Assembly (NCBI GenBank): GCA_017499595.2
Contig: CM039000.1
Coordinates: forward strand, 1,426,001 to 1,490,000
Direction of reading: 5' to 3'
Source of the DNA: Psilocybe cubensis
Taxonomy: Eukaryota
DNA length: 64,000 nucleotides
A program made the translations under genes and the position numbers. The first letter of the stretch is position 1, and each line of letters starts with the position of its first letter. The notes under the pieces are model-generated. The model did not search any database. It had not been told where the DNA came from and saw only the letters and a list, made by a program, of their open reading frames with translations. Below are positions 1 through 12,241 of this stretch, in pieces.

Positions 1-1835
1 GCGCAGTTTGCGGCGTTCTCGACGGGGTATGGGTATGAGGATGGTGTGAGCAGCGCGGCGTCCGAGAGCCCACGTCCGTTTGCTGAGGAGGAGGAGACGG
101 TAAAGTGGGATCAGCATCGGTATGATACGGTCAGGCCGAGGGCGAAGACGGTCCCTCCACCCATGCCGTTCTTCACTCAGCACGCGGAAAGCTCGAGTTC
201 GAGTTCGGTGCCGCCGCTGCCACGGTCCATGGATCGTCGTCCATCAGCACCACACGAGTCAACGGTGCACCCTACGCCTTCCTCCAACTTGGCCAGGTTC
301 TATCACTCAATCACGGCGAATGCGACTGCAGCAAAGGTGGGATCTGCCTCGGGCTCGATGTCGCTTCCCCCTCCTACGCCGTGTGTGTCCCCGCTCCAGA
401 CGCGCTGTCAGCAGCCTGTCGTGCCCCCGTTGTCGGTCGTCGTAACCACGTGTCAGCCATGCAAGCCTGCGATTAGTGCGACCCAGATCGAGGGTATGTG
501 ACCCCATTTCTTTCTTGTCCGCTTTGTGTGCGTGTGCGATTTCGTTTGCTGACTGGTTATTTTTCAATTATAGATATCTCCGTGTATCATATGATGCTCG
601 GCGCGTTCCAGCTGCTTCGCCGCATCGACACCGACTTTGTGAATCTCTCCCCGATCGCTGCGTTAGCGGCTAGTAGCACACCGCCGCTAAAGACGCTCAC
701 GATGATAGCGAGCGCGATACCAAACGCCGTCGTCATCCCGCGCGGCTCGCCGCAGGTATGTGGGACGTGGGTGCCGCTAGCCGCTGCGCAGGAGTACGTG
801 CGCGTGCACCTGCCCGAGGAGCGTAAAGCGGATCTGGCGGTGTTTCTGGACGATGAGTTGGTGGAGAGGTTTCCGGAGGCGTTGAGGGACTTTTATAGGA
901 GTGGGAGGAAGGGGAGGGGGTTGGGTGTGTTTGGGAAGCATTTTGCGAGTACGCTTCAGGCGGCGGAGTTGGAGGTGCAGATGGAGGGCGGGGCGAGTGC
1001 GGTGCAGCAGAGGCAGCTTCAGTCACCGCAGCGACAGCAGCAGATTACGGTGCAGACAAGCGCGTCGGCGTCGGTGGCGGCGCAGGGGATGTTTGTGGGT
1101 GGTGTTACGGTTGGCAAGCATTTGCTGGAGGAGGATGTTGTTCCCCCGTTGAGTGCGTCTGAGCAGCAGCTGTTCCATGAGCTGTGTGTGATGCCAGATG
1201 ATGAGCGTGTGGAAGAAGAGGCAAAGGAGGAGCAGGATGGGATGGATGTGGATATGCATGTGGATGGGGATGTGGATGGATCAGCTCCGCCGTCTGCGTC
1301 TTCTACAGCTACTTTCACTAATTCTACGACTTTGCCTGCATCTGCATCCGCGCCTGCCTCCATGTCTGCCCCTGCTCCTGCCCCTGCAGCGACAACACCA
1401 CAGCGGCCGACGCCGCTGGATCTGAGCGTCAAAGTGGATGTTGCGCTTGACGATGAGGACGAACCGATGTCGCCGCTTTCGCCGCTCCCGCCTAGTCCCG
1501 TTGTATGTGCGACTGTGACGGCTTCGGGAGTAGTGCTGTCTACCCCTATGTCGCCGCTTTGTTTGGCGCAGAAGGGCGAGGAGACGATGTTGTCTGTGCC
1601 AGAGTGTAGACTGGATAATGCGCCGCTGCTGGGTTCTTCTTCTCAGATGCCTGTGACGACGCCTGCTGCTGTTGCTTCGACGCCGGCGACCACGGATAAT
1701 GGCAGGCCGCTGCGGAGGTCGAAGAGAGTGGCGGATGCGAATGCGACGCTGAAACACCCTCCGCCGCCGCTGCCTGTGGTGGTCTCGTCCAAGGCGAGAG
1801 CGAGGAAGAATGGGTCGAGGAATTCGCTGTCGTGA
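1..1835 (+). CDS. APSES/KilA-N-type DNA-binding domain protein, 5'-truncated by the window edge
   Basis: The frame is open from position 1. A GT-AG intron at 494-573 joins ...ATQIE to DISVYHMMLGAFQLLRRIDTDFVNLSPI...RGSPQVCGTWVPLAAAQEY; the LLRRxDTxxVN and GTWVPxxxA motifs are typical of APSES domains. A low-complexity Pro/Ser/Ala tail carries basic NLS-like motifs (PLRRSKR). Stop TGA at 1833-1835. Confidence 0.7.
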
Positions 1836-4800
1836 TTGAGATTGTCTTGTGCGTGTCGCTGTCGCTGCGCTGTTGCTTGTGAAGTTGTGAGTGCCTCGCC
1901 CTCCCCCCGCGTTTCCGCTGTGGACCCCTTTGCCTGCTTGCTGGTTTCGCTTTGTGTTGCGTTGCGTTGTGTTGCAGTGTTGGTGTTGGTGTGGCTTCTT
2001 GTTATGCTCTTCTTCCCTTCGTCGCTGTCGCTGTCGCTGCCGTGCTCGCTTGACTGTGCTTTCTGTTTTGCTCTGCTCTTTCTTTCTTTCTTTCAACTTT
2101 CACTCTCTCTTTGCGTCTTATTGATGTTGAGATAAATTATGACTTGTCAATTTTCTTTCTACACTCGATAATATCCTTTATCCTTTTTTTTCTTCTTTTT
2201 TTACCAATGCAGAGATGACTTTTGTACCCCTTATACATCGCGACGAGCCAGTGACGAGTAACGAGTAAACGAGTTATGACAGCGACGACCCCTTTTTTTT
2301 TAGTGTGTAGTAGTAGTATAATAGATTCATCATTCGATTCTATCTTTTTTTTTCTTTTGCAGACACCGTCCTATTTTACCCCATTCACATTCACATTCAC
2401 AACGCACATACTAGTTTTTTTTTGTCAATTTCGTTTTCGTTTTCGTTTTTTTGTAGACATGAACAAACGCCATTTCGGACTTTTTTTTGGTCCAATCCAT
2501 TCATGCTCCTGCTTCTCTCGATTTTGTTCTTTTATTCATCACGATTCACTGCCATCACCACAACTCTGAAAGTAATTTGCTCATACACCGCTTTTTTAAG
2601 TAAACTATATATCGTACTAGTATGCTCTCGTCAGTAGAATTTTTGTATCAGATATAGTTTTTTTTTTCTTTTTTTGGCTCTTGCTCTATCTGTGTTCTTG
2701 TTCGATTTTTTTCCCCCCTCAGTTTCGAGGTGTTCTTTTTTGTTTTTGATGTTCCTTTCTTTCGTTGTTTTGCGCCACTGAACGACGATCCATGAATCAC
2801 TCCGACAGCACCCCCCCTCGTTTCGCCCCTCGCCCCTCGCCCCCGCTCGCCACCTCCTTCCGCCAGCCCTTCTTTGGTCTTTTTTGGTCTTTAGCCTTTG
2901 GCCTTTACCCTTTTTTAGGTTTCTTGCCCCTTTAAATGGGGTTGATGATCAGGGTCCCCGACTCAACTCATTTCGCATGCCCCTATTCTTGGGAAGATGG
3001 AATTGGGATTTTTGGGGTAGGGGGGTGGGGATGACTCAACTCGACTCAATACGGTTTTTTAGGTGACGCCCTGCCAGGCTTGCTTCTTGGGGTGGGGAGG
3101 TGTATCAATGGACATCAAAGATTCAAAAAAGACCAGACCGGGGTATCTATTCGTGTATTCACGTCACTCTCTGCGGGTTTTGATTTGTCTTTGGGGTCTT
3201 TCTCTCTCTCTTTGTCCTACTTGAGCAATGGGAGAGGGAGAGGGGTCGAAAGCGCTGTCCTTACCAGAATTGGAGGATGGTGTTACCGTCGATGCCTAGG
3301 CGTTTTGTCGTTGTCGTTGTCGTTCTTGCTGTCACGGTCAACCCTCAATCCGCGTTTGTTCCCCCGAGGCCGGTGCGCTTTTGATGTCATTCACCTTGGA
3401 GAGAAGGGATACGGTTTTGGCTTTGGTTCCCAGACGAAACGGTACCTTTGGCTTGACTCTTTCTTTGCTCGGCTCCTTTTAGGACATACAATCCGGGACT
3501 CAGGACAGGCCCTCTAAAAGGGGTGTTTTGTGTCTTTTTGCAAATGCACCCTTGTTTGGTGGATGAGTTTGTTCCTTTGGATTTTTGGAGCAAAGCACTG
3601 GGCCAGCGAGTTTTAGTTTCGAGTCATGCGAAGCGCAGGAGTGTACGGCATACGGAATACGATGGACGGATTTGGACCCGAATGCACCTCTCCTTGGGTT
3701 CTTTGTGCTGCAAATACCACGACACCACAATTGGTACTCTTTCTACGCACGCATTTCGCACCGCGGTCGCTGCATGCGCATGGGGATCCGGCTTGTCTAT
3801 ACATAGGTTTTGCGTTTTTACAGTCTCCGTTCAGCGTTGTCGAGCTCCACCACGATCATGGCGTGCACGTTAATCATCCATGACATGCGCGCGCACGCGG
3901 CGGCGGCAGTGGGACAGCGGCATTTTCCAGGTTTGCCCTGCCATGGCATGCCCTGTCATGGCCCTCGGCCTCTGTCCCTGTACCCTGGCGTTTATGTTTA
4001 TTCTCGACCTTCGGTAGATAAAACAGCCTTTTCGAGCCGTGTTCTGCTTCTATGTCTCAGCAATGCGTCTGGTTTAAACCCATTGGGGAATACACGGGAA
4101 TACAGTCCGGCATTTTGTGGGTCGGCGGTGTCGGGACATCGTTGCGGTTGTCTAATGTCGGAGGGTTTTGTTGATGTGACGTGATGTATTTTGTCAGTCA
4201 AAGGCGGGTTGTTGGTCCGAGTTTTGGATTGCACCTTTCTCTTTTATTTTTTGATTGTGTAGCCTTTGTCTGCAGTGTGCGCCTTTTTTTTATCGTTGGC
4301 TTTTTTCTTTTTCATTGGCCTCTTTTTGAAACTTTCTCATATTGTTCTAAAAGATACCACAAGTAATCAGATACCACAAGTACATAGAATTTTTATCATG
4401 TTTCGCTATTATTCTGAGTACCTGTTAATACTTAAAGTCAAAAGCTAATGATGATCTTGTCAGTTCAGTTGTCATATTTGAGACCATTCCAGTGATATGT
4501 GAGTATCGGGACTTTGAAGCGGGGCAAGTTTGGGGGGCTGATGGTGATTACCAACAAAGAGGGTATGTACGACCTTGGTACGTTCCATCAGCATCGATAT
4601 TGGTCCATTCGTAGCTACATCACTGCTTCGTATTTCCAGTTGGTGGTATTCTGTGTTAGAAAGCTATATTGGTCAAAACAGCCTATCGATGCAATCACTA
4701 CGGCAAGATTATCGGCAGGGGGACTTGCGCTGTCGAGCTTGATAGCCAAAACATCAAAGGATCAAGGCCGAAAGGGATTGTCATCTGCAACGAATTATTT

Positions 4801-6015
4801 TGGACTTTTGTGTTCCTGCCTTCCGACCCCGATTGAGAAACATTGCTATTTTTAGACAACGCGTTGGGCGAGTTTTAATTAAAATGTGTTGGAGTGGAAC
4901 TGGATTTTCTCTTACACACACGCAGTTGTTAGGATCATAGTATTGGATCAGGGGTGTGTGCCTTTAGAAGGACTGGTTGTGAGATTTTTTTTAAGAGAAC
5001 AGGGGAGAAGTGTCGGTGGAGAAACTGCTTGGCTGTCAATGCGAGGTGATCGAACGGTTCTTCGCTAGTTTCGGTCTTGGTGTAATCGTCAGTGGGCTGA
5101 CTGACCTGTATGAGCGTAGAGAGTAGGTTTCGGAGCTTACGAGATACACAATTGAACGTGAAGCGCATGTGTAGGAGTTGGAGGGAGCGCAGCATCAGCA
5201 TCATGGGTCTGTTTGGCTCCGAGACTTGACAGTTCTTCCGCTGAAGAATTTCATTGAAAGAAGTGGGGCGGAACTTGCGCAAGCAATCTCGTCATTTTGC
5301 ATGTATTATTGCATTGTATCTGTGCGCAGCTTGCTTGGCTGAGTAGGTTAGTCGATGTTAATATGAGCCAAGGGCAGAGGTGTGTTGGATGGGTTCCAGT
5401 GATGCCCCAGCATGTCGCTCGGCAATGTGGGTCCACTCCGAGGGCTCAGAGCGCCTTCGAACTGGGTATCATGAGGGGTGGCGAGGCTGTTGTTGAGAAG
5501 AAGGATTTTATTTGCTCCGAATTTGAGCTGATTATCGATGGCGGTATCGCGAATAATGGCGACCAAAACGGCGGGCGACGACGAGCAGGGGCCTGTAGAT
5601 AGCACAGTATATTTTCCAAGAGACAGATATCGCTGGGGTGTATTTACCAAGGAGGATATTGGACGGAGACAGTGGCGGCCGAAAGAGTTCTCATGAAGGA
5701 GGATGAAGCGTGGGAAAGAGGCCAGCAGGGCGATGGTGGTGAGAGATTTGAAAGAAAGTTTTGCTCTCAACGACCATTCACTACTATTACTTAGTACTAT
5801 TTTCTGGAGGTACCTCTGCCCTTGTAGTCGTGGACTTTGCGAGTCTGTCACTTCCAAAGGCTTTAATAACGATCATCGTCCACCGACTCACGTAGCTCCT
5901 GGGGCCACCTTTTCCCGACTAATTGGATTCTTCCTTTGACGTCTTTCGTACTTCAGCGAGCTCAACGCTCACATCTTCGTAATCCCTAATCGTTCTTCAT
6001 TCAAACACCTCTATA

Positions 6016-9000
6016 ATGTCTTTATCGGCCAACGACAACAATGGCTCCTATTCCAGGGTTCCTCCAAGTGGCAAGACCCCACCTCCAGCTCCTTCTGCGG
6101 CATTCGCGAAGAGGTTCGTCGCATTTCGTGGATTTCACTAGGATTTGCTTTCTTATCTACTCCTTGCAGAGCTAGAGAGCTTCAAGGCGAAGGCTTAGGC
6201 GGCAGGTACTTGCCTCCGGCGCTTCGTGGTATGTCGACAGGGGGTTCCCAATCAAACGAGGCTCCGCCCTCTCTTACGACCTCAGGGGATGGCTCAATTT
6301 TGCCACCCACGAATTACCCTCCAGGGTTTAGAAGGGCAAGGGCTGGGACCTTACCTTCGAATGTTCAACTTGCTGCTCAGCGCCTCGCAGCATCGACCAC
6401 TGATACTCCTGTGGAACAAATACAAAGACAATCCAGCCTTTCTTCCCAGGTTCCTGCCCTGACTTCTGTTGCACCCGGAAGACCCGGGCTTCGTCACTCT
6501 TCTACCACGGTACCTCCACCTATCTCGTCCACTGTGGGTGAAAGGGCCAGCCGCCTTCGGTCTGGTTCCCTTACGCTCCCGACTGGAGGTCTTTCCAATG
6601 CATTCGGACCATCCATTTTCTCATCTTCCTGGTTGTCTACCTCTACCAATGGCTCTGCAGGTTTCTCTGTCCTCGACGAGTTGCGTTCAGTCACCTCGGC
6701 TGATTCAGGAGCGGATGATTTCGATGTGCACACTTTGGACTACCTTGGTTTGGATGACAGCCATAGACCTCCACCTCCTGCAGCGACCATTTCTGAATTG
6801 CGCACGCAGACTCAAGCTGCGATTGCCGGGAATTTGGCTAGTACACGTATGCGCGCTACCACAGTCTCTAACCCCTACCGTACACGGCCTTCTCTTACTG
6901 GATCCTTGCTATCGACTCCAGCTGCGGAGGAAGAGGAAGAATATTTTGTAGATAGTTATGACAACATGGGCTATGACCGTCAGCAACTTGGCGCCTACGA
7001 TATTTCCAACTCTCAGGGCGACTTCAACCAGTCCTCCTATCTCTCCAAAACATTCAAGGCTACCGAAAACCGACCTCGTGCTATCTCTGTCGGCATTCTC
7101 GATGACCCCATGCGATCTCTCCAACGACGCGCCATATCAAGCGATGCTAACTCTTACCTGAACGAGATTTCCCAGCCTGGTCTTTCCCTGTCTAACAACC
7201 TTGGCAACCCCTCAGGTATTTTGAAAACGGACAAATTGTCGTCTGCTCGTGCAGGTGTTTCTCCAAGCGTTCATTTCCCTCCTAATGGCGGAGACCTTCC
7301 CATTGGACGCGGCGCATCCGCATACCTTCTTGCACCCGGTGGCCATAACCGCTCCGTTTCTCCCAAGTCTGAACAACCTTCCACTCAGTTGCAGACTCCC
7401 ACGCGTTCTCTCTGGATTGGGAACCTGGATAGTGCAGTCACTAGCGAACAGCTCATTCATGTTTTTGCACCCTATGGTGCAATTGAGAGCCTGAGACTTC
7501 TTCCTGAGAAGGTAATAAAAACTGCGATCTGTATCTCCTGTCATACATGTTGACCATTGTAAACTTTCAGGAGTGTGGATTTGTCAACTTTGTTGACCAA
7601 GCCGATGCCATTCGTGCGAAAGACGATGTTTTGAATCGCCTTGGTGGAAATATTGGGATGCCCAACGGGCAGACTGTCAGAATTGGGTTTGGAAAGGCGG
7701 ACAGCGCTCCTGTTGCTCCTGCCAAGGGCAATCCCGCTAGTCCTGGTCCCACTTCTCCAAGCAACGCAGGTACCAAGTCAGCTGGTGCTAATGCGGGTCT
7801 CGGCGGAATGGATGCTCAGCTCCAGTCCACTCCTACACGTGCTCTTTGGATTGGATCAATCCCTTCTTCTACCACTCCTGCAACGATCCTCAGCGTCTTC
7901 AGTCCTTATGGCCCTATTGAATCGGCTCGTGTGTTGACCCACAAGAACTGTGGTTTCAGTGAGTGTATTGCTATTCGTTTGTAGAGACGCATGGCTCAGA
8001 TTACCTTCCCAGTTAACTTTGAGCGGCTCGATGACGCTGTTCGCGCTCGCAAGGCTCTCAATGGCCGCGACGTTCTCGGAAGCGACGTCGGAGCAATCCG
8101 CATCGGTTTCGCAAAAGTCCCAGTCAAGAATGGACAAGAAGGAACTGGTTCTCCGGAAGAAAGTACCAATGTTGTCGCTCAAGGTGTTGGTGATCTGAGC
8201 GTTGGCGCCACAATCCATGCTCTCCGTGGCATTAAAGGTGCCTCGACGATTCCTGCAGAACAACAGGTTTTGGGAGGCGTTGTCGAGAACTACCGATCCA
8301 ATTTGCTCTTGAGTATGATTTCATCTGGCTTGCATAACAGCCCTGTTGCCCCAGACGGCACGAAGCCTGCTGGCTTCACACCTTCTGTTACTGAGCAACA
8401 AATGATCTTACGAGAGTTGAGCGGTGGAAGTAGTGATGCCGAGGCTGACATTCAGAGTTTGTCTGGTGAGTTATCTCTTCTTGAGCAACAAGAATCATGG
8501 TTTACATATTGTTTAGAATTTCGCCCTCCAACCATGTATTACACAACAATCCCTCTTGTGTCTGAAAGGACCCATAACCGTCGATGGGACGCCTCCAAAT
8601 TACGTGAACTGCGCAAACGTCTGGATTCTGGCACAATGACAGTTGAGGAGATTGACCAGGTGGCCGCGGACTTCATGGATAGCGAGATCGTCGATCTTGC
8701 CTCGGACTGGCTTGGGAACACTGTTAGTTTTCTGCTTCATTTCATAACTTGCTTGTTTTTGTTGACCTCTAAATTATTTGATCTCTTAGGTTGTCCAAAA
8801 ATTGTTCGAAAGATGCTCGGCTGTTCCAAGGGTCAACATGCTTGAGCGTATTTGCCCCCACCTTGCCATGATCGGTATCCACAAGAATGGAACATGGGCG
8901 GCTCAGAAGATTATTGAATGCGTTTCTAGCCCCGATGAGGTTGCCCTTATTGCACAGAACCTTCGCGCATACGCCCCTCCTCTTCTGTTGGACCAGTTCG

Positions 9001-10237
9001 GCAACTATGTCATTCAGTAAGCAATTAAATACATTTAACATCCATTCTCTGGCTTACAACATCTCTCAGATGCTGCTTGCGTTTCGGGGCTCCTGCCAAC
9101 GATTTCATTTTCGATGCTATCGTTGATCGTATGTGGGAAATCGCGCAAGGTCGCTTTGGAGCTCGCAGCATGCGAGCATGCCTTGAGAGTCCTCATATTA
9201 CTCTCAACCAGCAACGTCGTATCGCTACTGCTATCATCCTTAACTCTATTCCACTTGCCACGAACCCTAACGGTGCTCTCCTTTTAACTTGGCTTCTTGA
9301 CACGTCCGGATTCCCATCGCGCTATAACTTATTGGCTCCCCGTTTCACGCCTCACCTATCACATCTGTGCACTCATAAATTGGCCTCTCTTACTGTCCTC
9401 CGGATTGTTAACCAGAAGATTGAACCCGATGCATCCAGGCAGATTGTCGAAGCTTTGTTCAACTCGCCTGGAGATCATGTTTTGACTGATGTCCTGGGTG
9501 ACCAGGTCAATGGCGTTGCCGTTGTCCATAAGATTCTTACGAGCCCTTTCATCGATCCCGCCGCGAAACAGAACTACATCGAAGCAACCAAGCGTGTCTT
9601 AATTGAATTAAAGGTTATTGCCACTCAAGCTTATCGAAGGCTTATCGAAGAAGTGGGGCTCCCTGTGCCTAACTTCCAACCTACTTACAACAACACCTTG
9701 CCTCCTACTGGCAAGGTGACGAAAAATTCGAACCAGAACTTTGGTGTTCCAGGGCTTCCCTCCGGGTATCCCTCCAACGATCAGGGCTTTGCGTCAATGA
9801 TGGCTGCCTTGCAAATGGGAGGCCAGAACCCGCAAGCTGGTCCTCCTAACCCCCCACAACTTCATGTCGATCCAGCGTTTAATCCTGCCGCTCCTAGACG
9901 AACCGCCCCTTCGAACCCTCCAGCAGCATTTTCGCCTTCAGCAGATTTTAGTCCGTTTGGAATGCGCCAATCAGAAACTGGTAGCCCCCGTCAAGTCGGG
10001 AACATCCGTCGAGGACCAAATATGCCCAACAATCCTAACATGTCGCACTCTCCGTACGCGAACCAATCTCCTGTTCTCTCTCATGGAGGACCCTTGCCTG
10101 GAATGAATCAACTCCAGCCTGCTTATGGTGGAATGCCGCCACCACCTCAATCTGTGCCACCTCACGCATACCAACCCTACATGTACCAGCCATACCCACA
10201 GAATCCGCCTTCCAACATGGGAACATTCCACGCGTAA
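6016..10237 (+). CDS. Pumilio (PUF) RNA-binding protein with two RRMs, Jsn1/Puf1-Puf2 type
   Basis: ATG 6016; introns at about 6115-6169, 7512-7570, 7959-8011, 8467-8517, 8724-8789 and 9017-9070. RRMs begin TRSLWIGNL and TRALWIGSI. PUF repeat motifs WLGNTVVQK, KNGTWAAQK, QFGNYVIQC and RFGARSMRA match the Puf1/Puf2 subfamily. Pro/Gln/Asn-rich C-terminal tail. Confidence 0.9.
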
Positions 10238-10757
10238 CAACTATGGACCCATACGACCTTTCATGACTATTAAAATTTACCTTTGAGTTACGCCAATTTT
10301 TGGAACTTTCCGTTTGCGCCAGTCTGGTGCGCGCCTGCCAACCTCTTTTTCCACTCATTTGGTTTCCTTGCAAAACTGCTTTTTTGTAACGTTTTTGTGG
10401 TTTGGTTATGCTGTTCTGGATAATCCCCCTCCTTCTATACCCTTTCTTCGCATCGCTGTGCATGCATCACACTCTTTTTCTCGATATCTACGCTTCACAA
10501 AATCGGGCTCCCGCCTCTATGATTACTGGTTGGTGCTGGAACGAACGGTTGTTTTCAAAAAAGTTTTCTTTCGTCTGATATATAGTTTCATTTCTCTCTC
10601 GTCGTATCCGTTACGTGTACAACAAAGGATGGCTACCTATTGGGCACGCCATAAAATCAATAGACTAGGTTTTGACTGCTTTTCTTTAAAATGTAAGTAG
10701 TTTATACAGTCTTGTTATCTTTGTCTCTTCTCCATCCCTTTTCCTGTCTCTCCTATC

Positions 10758-10782
10758 CCACACACACACCAACACACACACA
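10758..10782. repeat. Short imperfect (CA)n microsatellite
   Basis: Direct reading: ...ccacacacacaccaacacacacaca... Confidence 0.6.
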
Positions 10783-10925
10783 AAATTGCCCTATATTTAT
10801 ATAGATATCTTGGAGGTTACGTTGCTACTTACAACACCGTTTTATTTGCGTAAATACACTGTTATTGGGCACAAATTGACATCATCTTTTCTCTTCCTTA
10901 CTTCCATGTGCTCTGATTGAACGCT

Positions 10926-11769
10926 ATGGGGAACTCGGCTTCAAAAGCTGCAAGGAAGTATCCTACTCGAGCACCTCCGAGCCAACCGACTCCAGCGACT
11001 CCTTACAACGCAAGCAAAGCGGCTGGAGCTGAATCTCGGTCAAAACCACTTGCAGATAGCCACCGGAGTCAAGGTGAATTCGGTATTCTTTTCTAGACGG
11101 CAAATATGGCATACCAACCTTCTCTGTCAAACGAGAAGGTGCAAAAACCGCGTCGAACGATCAAGCACTGACCTGACAGCCATTGTAGCTATCGAAAAAG
11201 ATGGAGCAGATCCGCAATTCCTCTCGAATCTGAGCTCGCTTGGGCAGGTCCGCGTTGACCACCACATGCAGAGCGTACAAGTTCACCCGGTAAGATCGTG
11301 CCTCACCCTCCCTCACCCGACTTCTATTCTTGTCGTTCCTTTCACTTATCAACAGGTGTTTGAGCTTTTAGGAAGCAGCCAATATTACGCGCCTTTTTGA
11401 ATCTCGCGCCAGGCAGCAAGGGGCGGATCTGGCTGCGTCATCGACCTCGATTCGGCCGACGCGAGACCAGATGAACGCGACTGCGTTGAGTACACTGTTG
11501 GACCGCCGGAAGTCAGTTCGAACGAAGGGAGAGTTAGAGCAGTTGGAACGCGAGTTTGGCATTGGGCACGACGCGTTGGAGAAGCTGGTGCGATTCGTGA
11601 ACAGTCCGAGCATCGACAAGGCGAGCATTCGGCCTGCTGCTGGCAAGTCCGAGGAAGAGGGTTTCGTAGCAACGGTGCGTGTTGCTGCCTGCATACTGTG
11701 TTGGTGTCGACCTCTGTGCTGACTGCACGTTTGTAGGCTGTTTGGATGGCGCCCAGTCTTAAATCATAA
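10926..11769 (+). CDS. Hypothetical 4-exon protein with N-myristoylation-like start (MGNSASK)
   Basis: ATG 10926; GT-AG introns at about 11074-11188, 11290-11371 and 11675-11737 give a continuous frame MGNSASKAARKYP...DGADPQFLSNLSSLGQV...LSTLLDRRKS...EFGIGHDALEKLVRFVNSP...AVWMAPSLKS*. Confidence 0.7.
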
Positions 11770-12241
11770 TTAGCACCTGCTCGTAATCGTGCCCTTGCGG
11801 TATTTTCATTTTAGCTCTCTTTCATTTCAAACTTTAAAGTATATAATGATGTGTGGATTCCAACAAATAATTCCTGCAGTCTTTAATACTTGATTAAAAA
11901 CAATAAATAGAAAGGTGCTGATGGATGAATGAGTTTCCTAGAAGTTACAGAGTTAAACTTGAGAAGAATATACACATGATGTTGGAAATCCAGCCTCGGA
12001 CAAGCAAAATGAAAATAACATTCATGAAAGGGATAAAGAGACGAGAGGGTCGTGAATTACGAATTAAAGCCATAAATAAACGCAGCAGAAAAGAAAAGGA
12101 ATTCGATGTGGAAATGCATATGGACAATCAATGTAATGCGATAGATGCTGTTCAACGGGATGCTATGTGGAAAAATAGAATGCATTTATAAACCGTTTGT
12201 GTGGTCAGATGAGTGTGTGTTGGAATGCAACCAAATAATTT

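Noticed and set aside
1281-2135. Arg-rich and Leu/Cys-rich ORFs around the end of the APSES gene
   Set aside because: Products of low-complexity sequence and antisense reading of the real CDS and 3' UTR.
4935-5857. Minus-strand ORFs of 115 and 169 aa upstream of the PUF gene
   Set aside because: Non-ATG starts, no recognisable motifs, and no convincing splice path joining them.
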